A model generated the notes under the pieces. It searched no databases, was not told the DNA's origin, and worked only from the letters and a program-made list of their open reading frames with translations. This document shows, in pieces, positions 47,991 to 62,082 of a stretch of 64,000 bases of DNA. Within the stretch, counting starts at the first letter, position 1, and each line of letters begins with the position of its first letter. Source of the DNA: Squalus acanthias (taxonomy: Eukaryota). Both the position numbers and the translations under genes were made by a program. The stretch covers positions 69,504,001 to 69,568,000 of the forward strand of contig CM059432.1 of assembly GCA_030390025.1 (NCBI GenBank), in the 5' to 3' direction.

Positions 47991-48849
47991 GTGGGTGCAT
48001 GTTGCTTCTCAAAGGGGCAGACCTAGGCCTACCAAATCTTTCTAAAGAAATGAGGCAGAAGGAGATGTGCTGTGTCTTGCACCTCACCTTCCTATGGTTT
48101 TATCAGAAAGGTACACATTTCCAGGTGTGCCCAGAGAAGCTGGAAGTGGGCCTTCCATCTTGGACTGCTCAGTCTGAAGGTGCCAGGTATCAATGCAAGG
48201 GAGGTCTGAAAAGTTTTTCCTTACAGCCTTACTTTTCCTTACAGTCTTTCAAGTGATCTTTCTCCAAAAGCAGCCAGAAGGTTCTGAAGCCAGCAGCCAG
48301 TCTCTCAGGTTTCTGCTCCCACTTCCCAGCACATGGCCCTGCACAGAGGTGCGACCAAGCCATATGAAAACCTCAGGCAATGAGAAGCGCAATCTGGTGC
48401 AATCTGCCTGCCCATCACCAAGACGAGTCCTTCTGCAGTCGGCTGCATTCATCTGTAAAGGGGCATTAAAGCATTGTCTAACATTTGCTGTACAAAATAT
48501 TACATCATCTACAAAGTTTTAGAAAGTATCAATGGATTACTAGGTTGCAGAGGCCAGTATTTCTTCTTCCCTCTTCAGCCTGTAGGATACAGGAGAAGTC
48601 CGTGCAATCTCACAGTGGTTCCATTGATCTTGATAAATGTCAACATTTCAGACCAGCCTAAGAATTGATCCAGAGCTTGGACCCAGAAAGTCCTCTACTA
48701 GCTGAATATACAACAGTACCTAGACAGTACTTTTTTTTGTCCAATATCATACCTATTTACATTTATTCAGGTTCAAATTGAAAATGCAATGTGTTCTGTA
48801 ACAGTGAAAACAAAGAGGAATGAGAACAATTTATTTATTTATATATTAG

Positions 48850-48936
48850 GTAAACACAAGGAATATTGGCAAATTATACAAAATCCGTGTTGGACACAAC
48901 AACGACGGTGAATTCCCGGGTTGGCACTGTGAATCG
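48850..48936 (+). CDS. RP1: RP1-locus PLAT domain 1, exon b (VNTRNIGKLYKIRVGHNNDGEFPGWHCES)
   Basis: Acceptor attAG, donor GTaagg; phase 0/0; PLAT core motif IG.L.KIR.GH.N.G..PGW. Confidence 0.88.
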
Positions 48937-49284
48937 GTAAGGGCACTGAATGAACAAACTTACTTATTTTGTTTTACGCATTCATACAGTAGAACAAAGA
49001 GAAATGAATTTGACAGGGAGTACATGTGTTGACAAAATACTTTTGAGAAGAATAATATTGGATCAATTAACCTTTGCATTATGTAAATGTTATCTAGATT
49101 GTATAGAATATATTTTCCTCTGCTCGCTGCTGTTAGCATGAATACAAAGTGGGGAGATCTGCAACTTCATCCTTCCAACCCCACGCTCAGATGAATGCTG
49201 AAAAAAGAACAGAACTGTTACGCTTGTAGGCTTTCCTCTGTAATTTCTCTTGTTCTTTGCACCAAAGATCACTCCTGTCTCTCT

Positions 49285-51443
49285 TAGGCCATCCCTCGGA
49301 ACCGAGGATGACTTGCTTCCACATTAAAAATGAGTTCTCAGGTGACCGATGAGTCCGATGCGGGACCTACAGTCTCTGTCACAGGTGGGGCAGACGGTGG
49401 TTGAAGGGGCGGGTGAGTGGGGTGCTTGGGTTGAGGTGCGCTCCTTCCGCTGCTTGTGCTTGGCTTCCGCTTGACTCGAGGTGTTCGGCGCCTTCCCGGA
49501 TGCTTCTCTTCCACTTTGTGCGGTCTTGGGCCAGGGATTCCCAGGTGTCGGTGGGGATGTTGCATTTTTTCAAGGAGGCTTTGAGGGTGTCCTTGAAGCA
49601 GTTTCCTCTGCCCACCTGGGGCTCTCTTGCCGTGTCGGAGCTCCGAGTAGAGCGCTTGTTTTGGGAGTCTCGTATCGGGCATGCGGACGATGTGACCCAT
49701 CCATCGGAGCTGATCGAGCGTGGTCAAAGCTTCGATGCTGGGGATGTTGGCCTGAGCGAGAACACTGATGTTGGTGCACCTACCCTGCCAATGGATTTGC
49801 AGGATCTTGTGGAGGCAGCGCTGGTGGTACCTCTCCAGTGCTTTGAGGTGCCTGCTGTACATGGTCCATGTCTGAGGCATACAGCAGGGCGGGTATCACT
49901 GCTGCTCTGTAGACCATGAGCTTAGTGCCGGGTTTGAGGTCCTGGTCTTCAAACACTCTCTTCCTCAGGCGACCGAAGGCTGCACTGGCACACTGAAGGC
50001 GGTGTTGGACTTTGTCATCGACGTCTGCCCTTGTTGACAGTAGGCTCCCGAGGTAGGGAAAGTGGTCCACATTGTCCAAGGCCTTGTTGTGGATTTTGAT
50101 AATCAGGGGACAGTACTGTGTGGTGGGGGCAGGTTGGTAGAGGACCTTTGTCTTACGGATGTTTAATGTAAGGCCCATGCTCTCGTACGCTTCGGTGAAG
50201 GTGTTGACGATGGTTTGGCGTTCAACCTCCGAGTGAGCGCAGACGCAAGCGTCGTCTGCATACTGTAATTCGACGACAGAAGATGGGACAACCTTGGATC
50301 TGGACTGGAGGCAACGGAGGTTGAACAGTTTCTCATTTGTTCTGTAAATTAGCTCCACTCCAGTGGGGAGCTTACTGAGGGTGAGATGGAGCATTGCAGC
50401 AAGGAAGATCGAGAAGAGCGTTGGTGCGATGACACAGCCTTGCTTGACCCCAGTCCGTATGTGAATTGGGTTTGTGGTGGAACCGTTGGTCAGGATCACG
50501 GCTTGCATGTCGTTGTGAAGCAGGCGGAGGATGGTGACAAACTTTTGAGGGCAGCCGAATTTGAGGAGGACACTCCATAATCCCTCACGGTTGACAGTGT
50601 CGAAGGCCTTTGTGAGATCAAAGAAGGCCATGTACAGCAGTTGGTGCTGTCCCCTGCATTTCTCTTGTAATTGACGCACGGTGAAGATCATGTCCATTGT
50701 GCCCCTTAGTGGGCGGAATCCACATTGCGACTCTGGGAGGAGCTCTTCGGCCACTGGGAGAAGGCGATTGAGGAGGATTCTTGCGATGACTTTCCCTGTG
50801 GCGGACAGCAGGGAAACTCCTCTGTAATTACCGCAATCGTACTTGTCACCTTTCTTGAAGACGGTCACAATTATGGCGTCTCTGAAATCCCCTGGCATGC
50901 TCTCCTCCTTCCAGATAAGAGAAATTAGTTCATGAATTCGCACCAGTAGTGCTTCTCCGCCATGCTCTAGTGCTTCGGCAGGGATTCCATCTGCTCCTGA
51001 GGCCTTGTTGTTCTTCAGTTGTCGGATGGCCTTTTCAACCTCATGCTGGGCTGGGGTTGTGCTGAGATGGTGGTGGGTAGCATGCTGCGGGATGGAGTTA
51101 AGGAGATCTTCGAAGTGCTCCTTGATGAGTACCTCTCCGTTCTTGGCCCGCAGTGGGGTAGGACCTCGGGTGCTTGGGCAGTAGATGGTCTTGACTGCGC
51201 TAAAGAATCCACGCACGTCATGGTTGTCGGCTAGCTGCTGGATCTCCCGCGTTTCTCCACCCACCATCTGTTCTTTAGGTCGCGAGTTTTTTGTTGGATC
51301 TTGGCCTTCAGGCGTCTGTAGAGCTGCTTTCTTGCTCTCGAGTTGTGTTGCTGTTTCCAGATCAGGAATGCCTTGCGCTTGCGGCTTATTAGCTCCTGGC
51401 TCTCCTGGTCGTTCTCGTCGAACCAGTCTTGGTGTTTCCTGGA
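49285..51443 (-). mobile_element. 5'-truncated RTE-clade LINE
   Basis: ORF 49780..51267: NYRGVSLLS, ESQCGFR, FFDLTKAFDTV, GVKQGCVIAPTLF, LQYADD, FPYLGS; frameshifted C-terminus with QLRWMGHIVRM and a C2H2-like end. Confidence 0.92.
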
Positions 51444-52622
51444 TGTGAGTCTTTGCATGTCACAAAATGGAGTGTGATTTTGTGAACAGTATCTGGTAAT
51501 GTAGTGTTGCATAGGTGTTGAGCAGAAATGCTTGTTACTATAATAGCTTACTGAATTGACACAAGCACCTTCTAGTCTTTAGATAGCAGTATAATAAACT
51601 ACAAATCAGGTTTAATAAAATAACAATTAGACAATAGCAGGAAATCAAGACAACAGATTTCACTTATAACTAACAAAAAGTTTAATGTACAATTCCTCAG
51701 ATATTCAAAGTTATGAGACTTTGTCAACTATCAGTAATATTAATGCTCGTAACATAGGCTGGAAATTTCCTTACAAGTGTTCCACCACCGTATCGAGAGC
51801 AGCACTGAGGGAATTCCCAGCCACAAACAAATAAATGAGATTTTGTTTAACCACTTAATCTTTAGCTATTCATGTCTATCTTCATGAATCTAAAATAAGC
51901 AGTGAAGAGGGGAAATCTGTTCCATATGTCCTTCATTATTGATGGACTCTGGCTATGAGTTATCCATGAAGAGGACTTGAAAGTATCAGGACCCTCACTC
52001 TCAGAAATCTGTCTCAAGATCTCCACCACCTTTCTTTATTGTGAAGATTGAACTGAAGCAAATTAAGTCAGAACATTACTTTACAAAAACAAATACAGAT
52101 GTCCCTCATGGTACATCTGTATTCAGGGAGTTAGTTTCCCACAACCTGCATCCAGTTAATCAAGGTGAGAAGTTGCAGTTAAAATGAGGGGAACAACTTA
52201 TCACCTCCGACCCCGCTGCCTTCCTGATGGGTCTGAATATTAACCCGCTCTTTTGAATATATTTTGTAGACTGATGAAAAATTAGCATTTTAACATTTTC
52301 TTTCTCCCTTTTGACTCCCTCTATACTTTTTATGAGGACCACTTGTCACCATGAACTCTTCTTCAGCAAAAGGATGGAAGTACATGAGCTTTGGACTCCT
52401 CTATGATTTTCATCAATGCTACTCCATAAAATTCCTTAAGGAGTTGTACTTGTGAGGGAGCTGTTGAGAAAAACAGGAAGCATGTGCCACTTACAATCTC
52501 CCGTTGAGAATGCATCAACTATTCAATCTTAAAAAAACACATACTTTAAGCAGAAATTTGTAAAGGGCTTGATTTTGTTTGTGTATCCCAGCTTACTGTA
52601 TCTTTCTGTTGGTATGTTTTAG

Positions 52623-52755
52623 ATCCATTTGCAGAATATTTACTCACGTAAAGAGTACCACTTTGCTGTTAATAGCTGGATGGATCGGAATCAAGATGAT
52701 GGAGAGATCTGCAGAGAAGTGCCTATTATGGAGAATGGTAAAGAAGTTTTCCCAG
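52623..52755 (+). CDS. RP1: RP1-locus PLAT domain 1, exon c (IHLQNIYSRKEYHFAVNSWMDRNQDDGEICREVPIMENGKEVFP)
   Basis: Acceptor ttttAG, donor GTaagt; phase 0/1; PLAT C-terminal motif F....W....DDG.I.RE. Confidence 0.88.
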
Positions 52756-53624
52756 GTAAGTCTTTTTGAGAAGAAGCAGTTCTTTTTTAAGGGTATTGTT
52801 TGTCTTGGATTTTTAGCACATGTCCAGGACGCAGGTTTTTGGTTTGTCAGCCCTACTAAGATGTTCTACTGACCATGAACTAAAAATATTCATTGTCCTT
52901 ATGTTTTTAAAAGTAATGCATTTATAATTTTTCCTAAGTGCCCTGAGCTATGGTGTGTTGTGACCGAATGTCATATCCTAGTTATAATGCATATTTGATG
53001 TTGGTGTGATGTGATCTTTGCATCGCACTGATGACAATCATACAATAAAACTTGAAAATCCAGGCCTTTATGTTTTGTTGTATTTATAATACTGTTGACT
53101 ATCCCTCATATTAAATAAAGAATTGGCTGGTAAAATCTCATTAAAGACAAAGCAAAATAAATATCTCAACCTAGAAATTCCACCTGCCTCTTTGGTCCTA
53201 TCATGATCCCATCACAAATCCTTTTGATAGGCAATTAACATATTGGGGGATGGGCCCCTGTACAAGTAGCAGCACCACAGGGACATACACACAGCGGAGC
53301 AAACCAAATCTTGCTGCTCTGAGAGGGGGTTCCACAGGCGTGCCTGGTCAAAGAGGAAAAAGTGGGCAAATTTACTTGTTGGTCACCTCCTCAATGGTAG
53401 AACCAGAGTCAAGGACAATTGATTTCTCTGAGATTGATTACAATCCAATTTCTTCCGAGTTGGGTCTACATGCGGCCCAGAATGGAATCTATGCCCGAAT
53501 GCCTCCAGACATGCCCCAAACTGAATTTGTGAGAGAAAGCTTCTGCTCCTCCCTGTCAGAATTTGCTATGGATGTACCCATGGGGCAGAAACCGGTTTTT
53601 ATTTTGGGATTTCCCTTTAACCAT

Positions 53625-56600
53625 GGGTGCAGTAGCATAGTGGTTATGTTACTGGACTAGTAATCCAGAGGTCTGGACTAATGATCTGGAAGCGTGAGTT
53701 CAAATACCACCATGGCAGCTGGGGAATTAAAATCAGTTAATTAAATAAATCTGGAATCAAAAGCTAGTATCCATAATGGTGACCATGAAACTACCGGATT
53801 GTTGTAATTAACCAACAAAATCTGCCATCCTTACCTGGTCTGGCCTATATGTGACTCCAGACCCACAGCAATGTGGTTGACTCTTAACTGCCCTCTGAAA
53901 TGACCCAGCAAGCCACTCGGTTGTACCAAACCGCTAGGAATAAAACGGGACGGACTGCCCCGCATCAACCTAGGCACTGGCTTCGGACACAACAAAGGCA
54001 CACCTAGCCCAGTCGACCCTGCAAAGACCTCCTCACTAACATATGGGGACTTGTGGCAAAATTGGGAGAGCTGTCCCACAGACTAGTAAAGCAACAGCCT
54101 GACATGGTCGTACTCACAGAATCATACCTTTCAGCCAACATCACAGACTCCGGTATCACCATCCCTGGGTATGTCATGTCCCACCAGCAGGACAGTGCTG
54201 GCCAAAGAGGAATAAGTGGGCAACTTCCTCAATGGTAAGTCCAGGACAATTGGGGGGAAATATTCGATCGCGCCCCAAAGCTAACTTCGCCGGGGCGCTA
54301 CTTTTGGTGCCTCGAAATAGTTAGTGCCCCCCACACCATAAATTGAGTGGTAGCGCCCCAAGCAGGAGGCATGGCGCCACTGGAAGCGCTCCCCCTCCTT
54401 TCTGGGGCTCTACCATTCAATATCGCGGCGCTACATGCAACAGCGCCATGGGCATCGGAATTACAGGCCTCCCTCCCCTGATTAAAAGGGAGGGGCCAAG
54501 CGCAGCAGGCACCAGGGCCCTGCTGGACCACTGGGGAGCGGGGTGCCGGGAAAACAGCCCAGCACTCCAGGAGTACCGGGCTGACCAATTGCGGCCGGCA
54601 CCCCGCATGAAGAAGCGAGAGGGGGCAGGTGCTGGCAGGCGGCCCAAAAAGAAATGGCAGCCCGGCACCTGCCCTTTAATTAGCGCCGCCGTGGCCATAA
54701 AAACGTCACCCTGAACCTGTCGAACATATCGTCCGGCAGTAGATCAGGGGGCGCGACCGAAGTTCGCAGCTGGGGCGCTGCGCACGGCGATGACACCATC
54801 GCCAGAGGCGCAGCGCCGCAGGGCGCTACCAGCTACCGCCACCGCTAACCTCCCGCTGAATTTCACGGGAGGCGTCAGCGGTGCCGCGCCCTGGCGCTAG
54901 GAGCTTTGCGTCCCGTTAGCGCCCCCCCAGGGGCGCTATCGGGAAGCACAAAGCAACTCAATTTTTCCCCTTGATCTCTCTGGGATTGATTGCAATCCAA
55001 TTTTTTCCCGGTTGGGTCCACATGCAGTCCAGAATGGAATCTATGCCTGAATGCTTCCAGACACTCCCCAAACTGAATTTGGGATGGAGGGGGAGCAGTG
55101 AGAGAAAGCTTCTGCTCCCCCCTGTCAGAATACAGTCGGGAGGGAGTGGTCCTGGGAGTCCTCAACATTGACTCCGGACCCCATGAAATCTCATGGCATC
55201 AGTTCAAACATGGGTAAGGAAACCTCCTGCTGATTACCACCTACCGCCCTCCCTCAGCTGATGAATCAGTACTCCTCCATGTTGAACACCACTTGGAAGA
55301 AGCACGGAGGGTAGCAAAGGCACAGAATGTACTCTGGGTGGGGGACTTCAATGTCCAACATGAAGAGCAGCTCAGTAGCACCACTACTGTCCGAGCTGGC
55401 CAAGTCCTGAAGGACATAGCTGCCAGACTGGGCCTGCACAGGTGATGAGAGAACCAACACGAGGGAAAAACCTACTTGACCTCGTCCTCACCAATCTACC
55501 TGTCACAGATGCATCTGTCCATGATAGTATTGGTAGCAGTTACCGCCGCACAGTCCTTGTGGAGACGAAGTTCCGTCTTCACATTGAGGACACCCTCCAT
55601 TGTGTTGTGTGGCACTACCACCGTGCTAATTGGGATAGATTCAGAACAGATCTAGCAGCTCAAAACTGGGCATCCATGAGGCGCTGTGGGCCATCAGCAT
55701 CAGCAGAATTGTGTTCCACCACAATCTGTAACCTCATGGCCTGGCATATCCCTCACTCTGCCATTACCATCAAGCCAGGGGACCAACCCTGGTTCAATGA
55801 GGAGTGTAGAAGAGCATGCCAGGAGCAACACTAGGTGTACCTCAAAATGAGGTGCCAACCTGGGGAAACTGCAACACAGGACTACATGCATGCTACTCAG
55901 TGGAAGCAGCATGCTATAGACAGAGCTTAGCGATCCCACAACCAGTGGATCAGATCAAAGCTCTGCACTCCTGCCACATCCAGTCGTGAATGGTGGTGGA
56001 CAATTAAACAACTAAAGGGAGAAGGAGGCTCCATGAACATCCCCATCCTCAATGATGGTGGAGCCCAGTACTCGAGTGCAAAAGACAAGGCTGAAGCGTT
56101 TGCAACCATCTTCAGCCAGAAGTGCAGAGTGGATGATCCATCTCGGCCTACTCCTGAGGTCCCCACTATCACAGAAGCAAGTCTTCAGTCAATTCGATTC
56201 ACTCCACGTGATATCAGGAAATGGCTGATCACATTGGATACAGCAAACTCTATGGGCCCCAACAACATTCCGGCTGTCGTGCTGAAGACTTGTGCTTCGG
56301 AACTAGCCGCGCCTCTAGCCAAACTGTTCCAGTACAGTGACAACACTGGCATCTACCTGACAATGTGTAAAACTGCCCAGGTATGTCCTGTCCACAAAAA
56401 ACAGGACAAATCCAATCCGGCCAATTACCGGCCCCATCAATCTACTCTCAATCATCAGCAAAGTGATGGAAGGTGTCGTTGACAGTGCTATCAAACAGCA
56501 CTTACTCACCAATAACCTGCTCACCAATGCTCAGTTTGGGTTCCACCAGGACCACTTGGCTCCAGACCTCATTACAGCCTTGGTCCAAACATGGACAAAA

Positions 56601-57722
56601 GCGCTGAATTCCAGAGGCGAGGTGAGAGTGACTGCCCTTGACATCAAGGCAGCGTTTGACTGAGTGTGGCATCAAGGAGCCCTAGTAAAACTGAAGTCAA
56701 TGGGAATCAGGGAAAACTCTCCACTGGCTGGAGACATGCTAGCATAAAGGAAGATGGTTGTGGTTGTTGGAGGCCAATCATCACAGCCCCAGGGCATCGC
56801 TGCAGGAGTTCTTCAGGGCCGTCCTAGGCCCAACCATCTTCAACTGCTTCATCAATTCCTCAGATAATGAAGCAGTGCAAGCCCGCTTGCAGCAAAACCT
56901 GGAAAACATTCAGGCTTGAGCTGATAATTTGCAAGTAACATTTATGCCACACAAGTGCCAGGCAATGATTATCTCCAACAAGAGAGATTCTAACCAGTGC
57001 CCCTTGACATTCAACCGCATTACAATTGCCGAATCGCCCACCATCAACATCTTGGGGAGTCACTATTGACCAGAAACTTAACTGGACCAGCCATATAAAT
57101 ACAGTGGCTACAAGAGCAGGTCAGAGGCTAGGTATTCTGCGGCGAGTGTCTCACCTCCTGACTCCCCAAAGCCTTTCCACCATCTACAAGGCACAAGTCA
57201 GGATTGTGATGGAATATTCTCCACTTACCTGGATGAATGCAGCTCCAACAACACCCAAGAAGCTCGACACCATCCAGGACAAAGCAGCCCGCTTGATTGG
57301 CACCCCATCCACCACCTTAAACATTCAATTCCTCCACCACCGGCACACCCTGGCAGCAGTGTGTACCATCTCGAAGATGCACTGCAGCAACTTGCCAAGG
57401 CTTCTTCGACAGCACCTCTCAAACCCGTGACCTCTCCCACCTAGAAGGACAAGGGCAGCAGGCGCATGGGAACATCAGCACCTCCAAGTTCCCCTCCAAG
57501 TCACACACCATCCTGACTTGGAAGTATATCGCCGTTCCTTCATAGTCGCTGGGTCAAAATCCTGGAACTCCCTCCTTAACAGCACTGTGGGAGTACCTTT
57601 ACCACATGGACTGCAGCGGTTCAAGAAGGTGGCTCACCACCACCTTCTCAAGGGCAATTTGGGATGGGCAATAAATGATGGCTTTGCCAGTGACGCCCAC
57701 ATCCCAGGAAAAAATTAAAAAA
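53625..57722 (+). mobile_element. Decayed CR1/L2-group LINE with tRNA-like 5' head and no recognisable ORF1
   Basis: A box 53633-53643, B box ~53698-53706; endonuclease (PDMVVLTESYL, GDFN, LLDLVLTN), RT (NPANYRP, QFGF, ALDIKAAFD), IYKAQVRIVMEY; A-rich tail. Confidence 0.82.
54253..54970. mobile_element. GC/CpG-rich non-autonomous Harbinger-like MITE, TSD TTG
   Basis: Ends GGGGGAAAT / ATTTTTCCCC; removal restores aggacaa-TTG-atctctctg, matching the uninterrupted paralogous segment at ~53411. Confidence 0.72.
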
Positions 57723-58577
57723 CAAAACTATGGCTTTAAACAATGAATAAAATTTAGGGTTATGACAGCAGTGGCTTCTTCTGATGTAGTATCACCATGA
57801 CGATAATAGTTGAGGTGATACGAGTGTACTGTATTGGCAGTCTTGACGTGTGCACCACAGATGGCGTATTGTTGGCACATCTCAGGAGAATAGTGAAGGG
57901 GCTGTGTTTGAAACTGCTTGCAACACAAACAGAAAGTGAGAGTATGGAACTGTAGTCCTTTAGACTCACAGTTAAAACAAATGATAGAGGCACAAGAGGG
58001 GACAGCCTCAGTTTAACTTGGTGAATTGCAATTTGTTGCAATCAAAAGAAATTCCATTTAAAACAAATAGATTTGTATGATGTGGGTTAGATTCATTACT
58101 AAAGCATGCAATCGACATTTGTTGATTTCTGGACCTTAATTCTTCCCCACAACAATGTTCTTCATTTTCCTCTCACCTGAAGGTGTTGACTCTTCGCGGG
58201 TATTTCTCCAGTACCTTGCCCAAGTGTTCATTCTTCAGCCTGTGTGAGCCTAAGCAGTGAGTGTTAGCAGTCTGTTAAACCATAGAAGGCATCACAGTTG
58301 AGCTTAATCCTGTTTTACACATGCACATTAACAGCAGATTGAATGAAAGGAACAATAGAAGCAGGAGCATTGGCTGTTCTTTCCCTCCCTAACACATGGG
58401 CATTGAGATAAATTGGAGGACCTGTCCTGGCCAAAATCAGCTAACTCAGCATTGAACCTGATTTATATAGCTTAATGCAACACTGGGCAATATTCATAAG
58501 ACCATAGTGGCAACTTCACCTAATACTTCGAAAATAAAATTGGAAATACAATATTGTAATCCTTTGATAATTTCTTA

Positions 58578-59028
58578 GGGCAACACGGTGGCATAGTGGT
58601 TAGCACTGGTGCCTCACAGCGCCAGGGACCCGGGTTCGAATCTGGCCTCGGGTGACTGTCTGTGTGGAGTTTGCACATTCTCCCTGTGTCTGCGTGGGTT
58701 TCCTCCGGGTGCTCCGGTTTCCTCCCACAGTCCAAAAATGTGCGGGTTAGGTTGATTTGGCTATGATAAATTGACCCTTAGTGTTAGGGGGGGGATTAAA
58801 TATGTGGGGTTATAGGGATAGGATGGGATATGTTAGGGGGAATTAAATACGTGGGGTTACGGGGATAGGGTGGGATATGTGTCGGTGCAGGCTCGATGGG
58901 GATTCTGTGTGAGAAAGCAGGGACAGGGTACTGGATTTGGATGATCAGCCATGATCGTATTGAATGGTGGAGCAGGCTCGACGGGCTGAATGGCCTACTC
59001 CTGCTCCTAGTTTCTATGTTTCTATGTT
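58578..59028 (+). mobile_element. HE1-like V-SINE (tRNA head, V-domain, CR1-derived tail)
   Basis: A box TGGCATAGTGG, B box GTTCGAATC, V-domain tgtggagtttgcacattctccc..gggtttcctccgggtgctccggtttcctccca, CR1 tail ending (TTTCTATG)n. Confidence 0.88.
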
Positions 59029-61562
59029 TTGAAGACCAAAACAAAAAGCATAGAAATTATATTCCAACAAGTTTCTGCCCCTTTTTGGTTCCTACATGAA
59101 CATCTTTTACTTGGCCTCCTCCCAATGTTAATATAACTTTTGGGTGCTGCATTTCCATGATTTAAGATTCTCCTGGAAATTACATCAGTTATGTCTCTTA
59201 ATGGCCAGCAGTAAGTACACCTGCATGAAACCGGCATACTTGCCATACGGGGCTATATGTGGGCCCCACAATACTTTTCTCAAATGGCAATCGATCAAGA
59301 TTCCATTTGCATATGGGGCGTACCAGCGAGGGAGCAGCAGTTAAGTACAATTTTGGCCATCAGATCCTCTGCCAGACCGACCTGCGCTCCCCATCAGTGC
59401 AGCAAGGTGGCACTCCGAAGTCAGTGACATTAATGCTTCAGTAGTACCATTACTGCCGCGATGTCTGCCCCAATGGATAAATGACATTGTTGCTGTGATT
59501 TGGGGTGAGATCAAAGACAGGCCAAATGGAACAGGTTCCAACAGAATCCACCGGGTTCCAGTAATCTTCCTATCTGAAGTTTTGAGTGTGCTCTGATCAG
59601 GCAAAGCTCTGTACCAGGAGCATAAGTTTGTAAAATTTACCCTCACCTGTTGTCCCCAGCATAGGCACCCCCCACCACCCGCAAAAAAAAGAACAGAATA
59701 AAATACAACAATAATAAGCTACTAGGGCTATCAAATTGGCCTTAGTTGGAATTGAGATTTATTTTGACCTGAGTTTACTCCAGCTCCTCAAATTAAATCT
59801 CCGATACAGATCTAAGCCACCTAATGTGAGGGTGCAGTCCTGTCGTGCAGATCAAGGGGTCTCCGTGCTAAATTCTTTGATAGTTTGTGATGAATAGAAA
59901 GCATCTGAATCCAGATGAGTAAAGCACAGTTGGATGATTAACAAGTAGACTGCGGGGAGGGAAAGTGGCTAACTTTTAAGGTCTGGTAATGCTAGTGCAA
60001 TTCTCTAAGAATTGTCTGAACTTATCTCTGTTCTTCATAGGTATGATTTGATTTTGACACAGTATTGAAAGCTGGTATTAATGCCATTGAATCACTGACC
60101 AAAACTTGTTACTACGTTACAATTATTTGCATAAAACTAGCATAACAAACTGAAATTAGCATAGGTAATAGTTTAAAAGGAGTGAGAAATTCAACTTCTT
60201 TTCTGTTTTTAAACCACTTTCTTTCCTCAATTCCCATTTTCCTGCCCCTTCATCCCACACCTCCAATTCCAAATGCAAGTAGTTCAAGGATTTCTCCATC
60301 TCTAAGGCCAAAACTGTCCACACAGCCTCCTCTGCCCTTTTCCTCCCCTTCCCTCCCTTTCTGTCCCCAATTTCCCTCCAGCCTTCTACCACACTAGACC
60401 TGAACTCCTGGCACTTTTCAGTTTCTCCCTCATTTCCCTCAGCCTTTCCAAACTCACCTTGTGTTCCCTTGATCTTCTCCCCACTCTGCTCTTGATCATT
60501 CAACTACCCCTCCCAACTCCCATGACATCTGACCTTGTTAACAGTTCCTTTTCCTCTGGCACCTTCTCTTTTTTGTTCAAAACCGCCCTATTTCTAAAAC
60601 TTCCTTTTTCCTTCTAAGGTCCTCAAGCACTTCATCATCTCCCAGCTCCATGCCCATCTCTCTTGTAACACCCTGTTTGAATCCATCCAGTTCAGTTTCC
60701 ACCCATCTCACAGCATTGAAATGGCCCCAGCCAAAGTCATGAATTATATCCTCTGTGACTGTGACCATGAAGCATTATCCCTCCTTGTTCTCCTCAGCCT
60801 CTCCACAGTGTTTGATGCAGCTGACCATGCCATTCTCCAACACCTTTTCTCCATTACCCATGTCCATGGCACTGCCTTTGCATGGATCCACTCCTACCTA
60901 TCTGGTGAAGTGCATTTCCAGCAATGGCTTTTCCTCTCTCCCCAGCATCGTCACCTCCAGAATTCTCCCAAGGTTCTATCTGTGGTTACCTCCTCTTCCT
61001 CATCGATATGTTGCCCATCGGTAACATCATCCATAGGCATGGGTCAGCTTCTGCTGCTGTATGCTGCTGACATCTAACTCTTCACCATTTCTCTTGATTC
61101 CATGCTATTTGACTGTCTATCTGACATCAAGTTTTGAATGAGTCAACCTCCTCTCGCTGAACATCAAAAGACTATTGCTTTTAGTGTCTGCCATAAATTC
61201 AGCTTTCATGTCACTGATGCCATCCCCATCCCTGATCACTTGTTCAGACAAAATAAAACACGGGTGCAGCCTCAGCATTATGTTTGACCTTGATACTGCA
61301 CATCCTCTACATCACCAAATCTGCTTACTTCTAACTCTGCAACATTGTCCGTTTCTGTCCCACCGCTGAAATCTTTACCCATGCTCTTACCGCTTCATAC
61401 TCAATTACTTCAGTGTTTTCCTTGCTAGCCTCCGATCCTCCATAAATTTCAACTTGTCCAAAATGCAGCTACCCACATCCTATCCCACACGAAGTCTGGT
61501 TACTCATTATCCCGTGTACTTGCTAATTTATACCTGTCCCCTTAAGCATCAAATTAAAAGTC

Positions 61563-62042
61563 TGACCAGTTCTGACAAAAGGTCATCGACCTGAAACATT
61601 GGGCTGGATTTTGAATGACCCATGGAGTCGGGTTTGGAGGCGTGTGGGGGGTTAAATTTGCGGGGTCGGGGTTTCCGACCCCATCCCGCCTCCATCCCGC
61701 CTCCACGCAATTTTGACAGAATGAGTCGCGGGGTTCCCGCCTCCGTCCCGCCTCCAAGAGGCGGGAGAGGCCATTAAAGCCCTTAACAAGCCCTAAATTG
61801 GCTCTGTAATGCTATTTTGAAATGTTGTAGCTAGTTTAACCCTTTTCTGACGTGAAGCACGCCTGGTGTGAAACACTCCAGTGAAACCTGGCGGGAGCAC
61901 AAATGGATAGCTAACTATCGGCTGCAAGTCCACTATTACAACGGAGCTGTGATGAAGGTAGTAGTATTAGGTGTGAAAGTCGCCTCTGATACTGCTACAT
62001 ACATTCAATGTCATGGCATTTGGTGTAAGAGGACTTGGATGC

Positions 62043-62082
<40 letters not shown>

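Noticed and set aside
58578..58650. tRNA gene (also 53625-53715)
   Set aside because: A and B boxes only; no full cloverleaf or T-run terminator, and the sequence continues into SINE bodies.
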